Source: a virus. Taken from it: a stretch of DNA of 39,994 nucleotides. The notes beneath the pieces are model-generated. The model saw only the letters and a list, made by a program, of their open reading frames with translations, was not told the DNA's origin and did not search any database. Both the position numbers and the translations under genes were made by a program. Positions 33,148 to 39,994 of this stretch are shown one piece after another. The DNA lies in the IMG/VR virus record IMGVR_UViG_3300028549_000379, positions 1-39,994 of that record. One strand, written 5' to 3'. How positions within the stretch are numbered: position 1 is the first letter of the stretch; every line of letters begins with the position of its first letter.

Positions 33148-34708
33148 TAGTAACAGAATACACGATAGACTAACGAATGACTTTATATTTTTTGCTAGAC
33201 ATTGCTTGAAGGTAAAAAATAAATCGGGCCATCTAGTACCATTCGAACTAAATCGCGCGCAAAAGTATGTACACCAGCAAGTAGAAGAGCAGAAAAGAAA
33301 AACGGGACGTATTAGGGCTTTAATCCCTAAAGCGCGTCAAGGTGGATTGAGTACCTATGTATCCGGACGTTTTTATCGTAATAACAATAGAAAATCTAAT
33401 AAGTCTACTTTTATTCTTTCTCACCAATCAACGACTACCGGCGCACTTTTTAATATGGTGGACCGCTATCACGAGAATTGCCCGGATCCGGTAAAACCAA
33501 AAGCGGTAGTAAGCAACAAACGACAATTAAAGTTCGAGAACGGCTCGGAATACACAGTAGGGACGGCGGGAAGTGGCGACGTAGGTCGCGGCTTTACAAC
33601 TCAATACTTGCATTTATCCGAAGCCGCTTTTTTTGAAAATACCGACGATATTCAAACGGGGATCTTACAATCTGTAGCGGATGAAGACGATACAGAAATT
33701 TTCGTAGAATCTACGGGAAACGGGGTAGGTAATTGGTTTTATCAAGCGTGTATGGACGCGTTAAACGGTAAAGGCGATTACATTGTTATTTTTATTCCCT
33801 GGTTCTTTATGGACGAATACCGCGCGGCACTTCCGCACGATTTTTTAATAACTCCGGAGGAACAATCACTAAAAGAACTTTACGAATTAGACGACCAACA
33901 AATTTACTGGCGTCGTAAAAAAATAGAAACTTTGGGGAGCGATTGGAAGTTTAAACAGGAATACCCTTCTAACGTTATGGAATGTTTCCAAACGTCGGGC
34001 GACCCTTTAGTCAATGCAGAAATGGCTATGAGAGCGCGTAAGGCTAAAATAGTTCCTAACCCACAAACTCCTTTAATTATGGGCGTAGACCCTAAAGGAA
34101 GCGGGGGAGATTCCGCCGATATAGTATTTAGACGCGGGAATGTTGTCCCGGGTTATAAACACTATGACGAGGAAATGGATCCTATGAGATTTGTAGGAAT
34201 ATGCGCGACTTTGATTGATAGGATGGGCGTCGATAAGATGTTTATAGATAACGGCTACGGGTATCAAATAGCTAGCCGCTTATGGGAATTAGGATATAGG
34301 GATATTGTTACTACGGTCGATTTCAGCGAAACGCCGATAGACAATGACAGATTTTTAAATAAAAGGGCGGAAATGGCTATTACCGCGCGTGATTGGCTTG
34401 AAGAGGGACCCACCTCTATACCCGATGACGATTTGTTTTACACCGATATAATGTGTGTACCTAGAGAGATTGAAACCTCTAATAGTAAATTTAAAATAAT
34501 TTCGAAAGATATTATACGACAAAAATTCGGACGTTCTCCGGGATTGTCGGACGCGTGGTGGTTAACATTTGCTTATCCTGTCCGCAGTAAAGCTAATATA
34601 AATAACCAACGATTTAAAAAAATTGGTAGCGGTGAAGACGGTAAACGAATGAGTCCGTTAAAAACGCTTAATCGTATTAGAACTAAGAAGAATAATAGGG
34701 GGTATTAA
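33140..34708 (+). CDS. terL: Terminase large subunit
   Basis: 522 aa. ATPase region (LIPKARQGGLSTYVSGRF, LHLSEAAF) and nuclease region (GVDPKGSGGDSADIV), with the FELNRAQ pattern near the N-terminus. It lies upstream of the portal. Confidence 0.8.
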   Translation: MDNSNRIHDRLTNDFIFFARHCLKVKNKSGHLVPFELNRAQKYVHQQVEEQKRKTGRIRALIPKARQGGLSTYVSGRFYRNNNRKSNKSTFILSHQSTTTGALFNMVDRYHENCPDPVKPKAVVSNKRQLKFENGSEYTVGTAGSGDVGRGFTTQYLHLSEAAFFENTDDIQTGILQSVADEDDTEIFVESTGNGVGNWFYQACMDALNGKGDYIVIFIPWFFMDEYRAALPHDFLITPEEQSLKELYELDDQQIYWRRKKIETLGSDWKFKQEYPSNVMECFQTSGDPLVNAEMAMRARKAKIVPNPQTPLIMGVDPKGSGGDSADIVFRRGNVVPGYKHYDEEMDPMRFVGICATLIDRMGVDKMFIDNGYGYQIASRLWELGYRDIVTTVDFSETPIDNDRFLNKRAEMAITARDWLEEGPTSIPDDDLFYTDIMCVPREIETSNSKFKIISKDIIRQKFGRSPGLSDAWWLTFAYPVRSKANINNQRFKKIGSGEDGKRMSPLKTLNRIRTKKNNRGY

Positions 34709-34710
34709 AA

Positions 34711-35082
34711 ATGGCGACTTTAGCTTTAATTGGTGGCGCAATTTGGGGAATTGCGGGGGGTTCAGTAGCGGCGGCCGGGGCTTCGGCGGCGGGAGCGGCA
34801 GTTATTACAGGAACGACGGCGGCGGCGATTGGCGGCGCGGCGGTACTGGGTACAGCGGCGGCGATTGGCGGAATTGCCTACGGTTCGGGGAAAACCTCGG
34901 GGGCGCAAAGTGCGGCTAGCGCGTTATCGAGTTCGGCGACCAGTGCGACGAGTTCGGAATCTTCTAGTTCCGAATCTACTTCTACTGGCGGTATGAGTAA
35001 ATCGTTAGCGCTATTCAATACGTCTTCAAGCGGGATTTTAAACAATGCGACTGTAGGTCGTAGATCTATACTCGGCAACTAA
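34711..35082 (+). CDS. Gly/Ala-rich hydrophobic plus Ser-rich low-complexity protein
   Basis: 123-aa ORF with an aggggg SD. The first ~60 aa are a continuous G/A/I/V glycine-zipper-like stretch, followed by an S/T-rich tail. Confidence 0.5.
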   Translation: MATLALIGGAIWGIAGGSVAAAGASAAGAAVITGTTAAAIGGAAVLGTAAAIGGIAYGSGKTSGAQSAASALSSSATSATSSESSSSESTSTGGMSKSLALFNTSSSGILNNATVGRRSILGN

Positions 35083-35095
35083 CGGAGGGGTTAAA

Positions 35096-36811
35096 ATGTC
35101 AAAAGTAAGCAATGTATTATCGAGATACAAAAAACTATCGGCAGAAAAGCAGAATTTAACTCCGCTTTATGCGCTGATCAGCGAATACGTTTTTAACAGA
35201 AAATTCAACACGCAGAACGTACCTAACGCCGGAATATTTACAAGCGAAGATATTTACGACAATTCGGCTCAAAGAGCGAATAGTATTATGTCTAACGTTA
35301 TGGTAAACAATATTTGGCCCAACGGTCCGCGTACTTTTTCGCTAGGTCCGACGTGGGACACCGTACAAACGGAAGAAGTTAAATCGTATTGGGAATGGGC
35401 TAACTCTCAAATGTACTCGGTTATGGATAGTACAAGGGCGGGAATTCAAACGACCTTAGATGAATATATGCTAGATCAAGGTTCATTCGCAGTTAGCGGG
35501 ATATACGTAGAAGAGGCGGAAGACGATTTAAGCGTCCCGGTAAGATACAAAGCGTGGAATATTAAAAACATGTGTATCGACGAAGGCCCCGACGGCATGG
35601 TCGATACCATATTTAATGAAATGGAAATGACTTTAAGAAACGCGGTCCGTGTTTACGGGCTAGACAATCTTAGCGCGGCTAAAAGAAAACAATATAACGA
35701 TGGGGACGTAGAAGGTAAAATAAAAGTTTTACATACTATAGAACCTAGAATAGAGCGTAACCCTCATAAATTTGGGGCTAAAGATATGCCTATCGCTTCG
35801 CTTCATATTGAAATGGATACGCAAAAAATTCTTAAAGAAAGTGGCTTTGAAGAAATGCCCGTCTTTGTCGGTAGATTTATGAAAGTTCCTGGAGAAAAAT
35901 ACGGACGTTCTCCGGCGATGATTGCTATTGCTGACATTCTCGAAATCAACGCGGTAAGAGAAGCTATAAGTTTAGCAACTGAAAAACAATTAGATCCGCC
36001 TTTGGCTGTCTTCGATGACGGCGCACTTGGCGGCGGGACTATCGACACTTCTCCGGGCGCGGTTAATGTCTTCTCTGTTTCCGGACGTATTAACAGCGGA
36101 AAACCTATAGAACCTCTATTTACAGTCGGAGAACTTCAAAGTTCATACGCTTATATAGAGACTCTTACCGAAAAAATTAATAATCATTTTTACTTAGATA
36201 GATTGTTAGATTTCAATAACGAAAGCCGCATGACCTTTGGGGAAGCCCAATTAAGAAATGCGCTAAGGGGACAATCATTAGGGACGTTCTACGGTAGACA
36301 AGAATCCGAAGTCCTTACGCCGGTAATTAACCGTACTTTTGGAATCCTTCTAAAACGCGGAAGACTTGGGGTTATTAGAGGTTCTAGGGAAGAAATGGAA
36401 TTAATTTCTAAAGGAATTAGACCGGTTTATATTCCGGACGTTATCGTTGAAAGAATTTTATCGGGTAAAGAAGTATACGAATTAACGTTCTTATCTCCGG
36501 CTAAACGTACTATGCAGTCCGAAGAGTTACGCGGGATTATGGAAACCGCTAACTTTGCGGCGGGGATTGCCCCAGTTAATCCGGAAATCTTGGATAACAT
36601 TGATTTTGATAAAATGCTTACTAGGGTCGCTAAACTAAGCGGTGCGCCGTTAGAACTCGTCAAGAGTAGCGTAACTGTTAAGAATTTAAGAAAAGCAAGG
36701 GGCGAGCAACAGGCGCAAATGTCGCAGTTGGAACAAGCTAGACAACAATCCGAAATTGGAAGAAATGTCGCACAGATGAACGCCATGCAGAAAGACGGGA
36801 CGGCGGCATGA
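35096..36811 (+). CDS. Portal protein
   Basis: 571 aa. Follows the terminase and precedes the scaffold and capsid. ggagggg SD. The charged Q-rich C-terminus is typical of podoviral portals. Confidence 0.75.
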   Translation: MSKVSNVLSRYKKLSAEKQNLTPLYALISEYVFNRKFNTQNVPNAGIFTSEDIYDNSAQRANSIMSNVMVNNIWPNGPRTFSLGPTWDTVQTEEVKSYWEWANSQMYSVMDSTRAGIQTTLDEYMLDQGSFAVSGIYVEEAEDDLSVPVRYKAWNIKNMCIDEGPDGMVDTIFNEMEMTLRNAVRVYGLDNLSAAKRKQYNDGDVEGKIKVLHTIEPRIERNPHKFGAKDMPIASLHIEMDTQKILKESGFEEMPVFVGRFMKVPGEKYGRSPAMIAIADILEINAVREAISLATEKQLDPPLAVFDDGALGGGTIDTSPGAVNVFSVSGRINSGKPIEPLFTVGELQSSYAYIETLTEKINNHFYLDRLLDFNNESRMTFGEAQLRNALRGQSLGTFYGRQESEVLTPVINRTFGILLKRGRLGVIRGSREEMELISKGIRPVYIPDVIVERILSGKEVYELTFLSPAKRTMQSEELRGIMETANFAAGIAPVNPEILDNIDFDKMLTRVAKLSGAPLELVKSSVTVKNLRKARGEQQAQMSQLEQARQQSEIGRNVAQMNAMQKDGTAA

Positions 36812-37074
36812 TAAATAAAAAAAATCTAATACAAAGAGCGATAAATAGAATCGCAAAGACTAAAGACGGTGAAACTGTTTTCCGTCATATTATGGGCCTA
36901 TGCGGGTATAATCTATCCGACGTAGTTCTTACGTCCACTAATGACGTAAACATACAAGCGACTTTAAACAATACTTATAGACGGACTGTCTATTTGGATT
37001 TAAGGGCTTTAATAGAGCCGGAATATTTAAAGAAAATAGAATTTGAAGAAGAGGAGGAAAATAAAAATGTTTAA
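36808..37074 (+). CDS. Hypothetical small head-module protein
   Basis: 88-aa ORF. Its start overlaps the portal stop (ATGA). Confidence 0.5.
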   Translation: MINKKNLIQRAINRIAKTKDGETVFRHIMGLCGYNLSDVVLTSTNDVNIQATLNNTYRRTVYLDLRALIEPEYLKKIEFEEEEENKNV

Positions 37075-38023
37075 GAAAAAAGGAATGTTAGGAATAGGGC
37101 CGTGTTATCTTTTTGAAGGTGAAGAAGGCGGAAGCGGTGGAGCCGGCGGCGCGGGCGATGATGGCGGAGCCGGAGCCGGAGTAAATGGCGGCGAAGGTAC
37201 AAGCGGCGCGGAAGGCGGCAATTCGTTTAATTTTGACGAGTTTAAAAATACTCACGCTAAAGATTATTTAGATAAACCGTATATGAAAGAAATCGACTCC
37301 CCGGAAAAAATGTTTAAAACAATCGATAACCTTCAATCCCTAATGGGCAAGAAAACCATCGTTCCGGATTCCAATGCTTCTGAAAAGGATTGGAACGATT
37401 ATAGAGAAAGAATCGGGTTAAAAGATTCTAGCGTCTATGAATTCGGCGACTCACATCTTCCGGACAATTTAAAAGGGATTCACCCGGAAGGCTTCGAGAC
37501 TAAAGTTAAAGACCTATTTCACAGTGCGGCCGTAACTCCGGATCAAGCTAAAATTTTACAAGAGGGTTACGATAAATTGATGATTGACGCGCATGGGGAT
37601 CTATTAGCGGAAGCCGTGTCGAAACAACAAAACCAACAAATTTTAAACGCTGATTTTGACGCTCTAGCTGATAAAATGTGGGGCGGAGAAAAAGAAGCTG
37701 TACAAAATACGGCTAAAGCGCTTATTAACGAATTTACGCCTAATGACTTACGTCCGCATTTAGAAAATTTACCTAATGATAATTTGGTTATTATGGCTAG
37801 TGTTTTAAAAGGTATTTCCGATAAATATATCAGTCAAGACGATTTAGCTTCATTAAAAAGTAGCGGTAGTAGTTCCGTTTCGGCTGACGGTCTAAGAACA
37901 CAAGCGCAAGAGGCTATGACGGCTTTAATGAGTATGAACCCTTTTGACAAAGGCTATTCAACTCAACAGGATAAAGTAAATGACCTTTACGCTCAATTAG
38001 GAAAAATTCAAGGGGACAAGTAG
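37067..38023 (+). CDS. Scaffolding protein
   Basis: ORF track 37043..38023. The ATG at 37067 follows a gaggagga SD. Gly-rich acidic N-terminus, then a helical charged body. It lies between the portal and the capsid. Confidence 0.6.
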   Translation: MFKKKGMLGIGPCYLFEGEEGGSGGAGGAGDDGGAGAGVNGGEGTSGAEGGNSFNFDEFKNTHAKDYLDKPYMKEIDSPEKMFKTIDNLQSLMGKKTIVPDSNASEKDWNDYRERIGLKDSSVYEFGDSHLPDNLKGIHPEGFETKVKDLFHSAAVTPDQAKILQEGYDKLMIDAHGDLLAEAVSKQQNQQILNADFDALADKMWGGEKEAVQNTAKALINEFTPNDLRPHLENLPNDNLVIMASVLKGISDKYISQDDLASLKSSGSSSVSADGLRTQAQEAMTALMSMNPFDKGYSTQQDKVNDLYAQLGKIQGDK

Positions 38024-38045
38024 ATAGTTGATCTTTTTCACTTTT

Positions 38046-38074
38046 AATCCGGGGATGTTCTCCGGATTTTTTTT
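38046..38074 (+). terminator. Intrinsic terminator after the scaffold gene
   Basis: AATCCGG-ggatgttct-CCGGATT followed by a T8 run. Confidence 0.8.
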
Positions 38075-38270
38075 AACTCTGATTAACGGCGTTTTACGCT
38101 ATTATACGCCGTTTTAAGAAACTTTGTAAAGTATTGAATTTTTAAATAAAAACGTACATAATGAAAATAACGGGTAGCTTTAATTAGTCCGTTTGATAGT
38201 ATAAATACTCGGAGCATGGCCGGACCCATGTAGGTTACGTCCGTAAATTGACGGGTAGCGTTCACCGAAT

Positions 38271-38283
38271 GTCGAACACAAAA
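38271..38283 (+). promoter_or_regulatory. Conserved 13-mer GTCGAACACAAAA (exact) upstream of the major capsid gene
   Basis: Sense on the + strand, 53 nt upstream of the ATG at 38337. It lies about 200 nt after the terminator at 38046-38074. Confidence 0.6.
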
Positions 38284-38336
38284 CATTTATAAGTACAGGA
38301 TTTTTTAAATCTTGTAGGAAATTGAGGAGTAGAAAA

Positions 38337-39230
38337 ATGGGTGCAAGTATTGACAACGCTTTAAAAATTCAATTTTCGGACATGATTCACGTAAAAGCAC
38401 AGCAAATTAAAGCTCGCTTACGTCCTTATGTTCAAGTCGTACCAATGAAGGGCGACAAATTCGCGTATGATGGTATCGGAGATATCGAAGCTAGAGAAGT
38501 TAACGGAAGAATTCAACCGGTAGTTTTCCAAGACATCGAACATCTTAGAAGAAAAATCAGACGTAGAAGATTCGAGGTTACTCTACCTATCGACGCTTCC
38601 GACGTAAGAGGCGCGTTATTGGATCCTAAAGGTCCTTACGCGGCGGCTTGTGTCTTCGCGATGGAAAGAGTTTTTGACCGTTTGGTAGTAGAAGCTATGT
38701 TCGCTGACGTTTGGACCGGAAGAGATTTCGAAACACAAATAACAGCAACTAACGACGGTGTTATTACTGTTAATGCTACGGCGGGTTTAACTTACGATAA
38801 ATTATTGGAAATTAAACAAAACTTTATCGACGGCGATGTTGGCAACGATATGCCGGAAAAATTCATGTTAGGTTTAGCCGGAGACGAGCATACCGATATC
38901 ATGAGTGAAACTAAACTTACATCGGGCGATTACACACACCAATACGCTATCGAAGATGGCGAAATTCAAAGAGCGGTAGGATTTAATATTATTAAATTCG
39001 CGGGTAAGGCTAAAAAGCCTATTCTTCCGGTTACAGCGGCTAACGTTCGTTCTTGTTTCGCAGCTTCTACAAGAGGTATCGTGGTTGGTGTCTGTGCTGA
39101 ACCAAGCCTAAAGATTACCGAAAGAGACGACTATATCGAAACTACACAAGTTCAATTAGTTGTTGAAATGGGCGCGGTCCGTACAGAAGGAAAATTAATT
39201 CAGTTGGTAAACACTACAGCGACAGCCTAG
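38337..39230 (+). CDS. Major capsid protein
   Basis: ORF track 38322..39230. The ATG at 38337 follows a tgaggag SD. 297 aa. It follows the scaffold and is bracketed by strong terminators, as expected for a highly expressed gene. Confidence 0.7.
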   Translation: MGASIDNALKIQFSDMIHVKAQQIKARLRPYVQVVPMKGDKFAYDGIGDIEAREVNGRIQPVVFQDIEHLRRKIRRRRFEVTLPIDASDVRGALLDPKGPYAAACVFAMERVFDRLVVEAMFADVWTGRDFETQITATNDGVITVNATAGLTYDKLLEIKQNFIDGDVGNDMPEKFMLGLAGDEHTDIMSETKLTSGDYTHQYAIEDGEIQRAVGFNIIKFAGKAKKPILPVTAANVRSCFAASTRGIVVGVCAEPSLKITERDDYIETTQVQLVVEMGAVRTEGKLIQLVNTTATA

Positions 39231-39271
39231 TCGGGGTTTATAGTTGTACAAATTAAAGGGAGACTAAAAAC

Positions 39272-39769
39272 ATGGCAGTAATTGACATATACGCAAATGC
39301 AGACTTACAAAGTCAAAAGCTAGCTACCGCCGCAAACCTTACAGGAAATAAGGTCGTTGTGGCAGCGGTTACTTTCGAAATTGGCGCGGCAGATTCTAAC
39401 ACATCTGTTTATAGGGTTTTCCCGGATCTTAATCCGAATCTAATCCCTGTAGACATTAAAGTTATGAACGACGCTATGGGCGGAGCGGCGAGTAGCTATG
39501 ACCTCGGCATTTATGCCGGCGGAAAAGGCGCCGTTATTAACAAAACTCTTTTCTCAGCGGCTACAAGTTTTCAAGCGGCTAGAATTAAATCAGCGCCGTT
39601 AGACGGGATGGGTGCATTAGACATTGCTAATCTCGGGAAAAAACTTCATGAACTTGCGGGCCATACCGTCGCAACTAAAAAAGAAAGTTACGACGTTTGT
39701 CTTACAGCTAATACGGTAACTGCCGCGGCGGGTACGGTAACGGTTGTAGGGACGTTCATACAAGGTTAG
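39272..39769 (+). CDS. Putative capsid decoration / minor head protein
   Basis: 165-aa ORF with an agggag SD. It lies immediately after the capsid gene and before the terminator. Confidence 0.4.
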   Translation: MAVIDIYANADLQSQKLATAANLTGNKVVVAAVTFEIGAADSNTSVYRVFPDLNPNLIPVDIKVMNDAMGGAASSYDLGIYAGGKGAVINKTLFSAATSFQAARIKSAPLDGMGALDIANLGKKLHELAGHTVATKKESYDVCLTANTVTAAAGTVTVVGTFIQG

Positions 39770-39994
39770 AAGAGACTTAATTATTAATTGTAGTAAAGCG
39801 CGCCGACTGTGCGCGCTTTATTTTTAAAAAGGGGTTATTGATGTTATCTAAATCAGAAGTTAATATATGCAATAAAGCGCTAGATTATCTAGGACAGGTG
39901 GCGGACGTAGGAAATATCGAAACCCCTACAACAGATAACGAAAAAGTCTTTTCGCGCCATTACCATGACGCGCTAGATTTTGTCCTTAGAAAAT
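39740..39994. repeat. Window-terminal direct duplication, copy 2 (includes a duplicate terminator at 39795-39825 and a partial duplicate of CDS 102..746 from 39841)
   Basis: Identical by eye to 1-255. Confidence 0.9.

Noticed and set aside
38083-38286. 67-aa - strand ORF in the capsid leader
   Set aside because: It has no SD and an odd composition. It overlaps the hairpins and the 13-mer of the + strand leader and is antisense to the direction of all neighbouring genes.
39740-39994. 255-bp terminal duplication considered as a genuine direct terminal repeat
   Set aside because: The repeat boundaries fall inside one coding sequence and cut another, rather than in non-coding DNA. That is typical of a circularised or overlapping assembly. 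True termini more likely lie in the 30.5-32.2 kb non-coding region. Read-end analysis is needed.

Overview
The window is one complete tailed-phage genome. Bases 1-255 recur identically at 39740-39994, so the unique unit is 39,739 bp, either a circular or permuted assembly or a terminally redundant one.

Layout:
- + strand 102-13942: tail and internal-virion genes, tail fibre and a retroelement.
- - strand 13973-14641: membrane-anchored HTH protein.
- + strand 14907-16621: unknown gene plus lysis genes.
- - strand 16654-30056: replication and early genes. These are a RuvC-like resolvase, family A DNA polymerase, SSB-like protein, Cas4-like nuclease, SNF2 helicase, primase-helicase, Dam-type methyltransferase and many small Cys-rich proteins.
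- + strand 30257-30501: XRE-type regulator.
- 30502-32165: ORF-free region.
- + strand 32166-39769: terminase, portal, scaffold and capsid genes.

The structural gene order and sizes mirror a T7-type podovirus: portal, scaffold, capsid, adaptor-like, 786-aa nozzle-like, internal virion proteins including a 1653-aa giant, then tail fibre. No phage RNA polymerase and no integrase are visible.

Main findings:
1. A compact diversity-generating retroelement (DGR). The tail-fibre 3' end (VR 12189-12310) matches a template repeat (TR 12356-12477) over 122 nt. All ~20 mismatches fall on TR adenines. A DGR-type reverse transcriptase follows (12620-13942). No Avd-like accessory gene is visible.
2. An asymmetric 13-mer, GTCGAACACAAAA, in about 12 copies. 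Each copy is co-oriented with the flanking genes and sits just upstream of an SD plus start codon, or in ORF-free DNA.
3. The 1.66-kb ORF-free region holds a dense GTAAGA/TCTTAC iteron array, orphan 13-mer copies bracketed by strong hairpins, and a GC-rich structured island.

Functional calls come from motif recognition and synteny read by eye. No database search was run.
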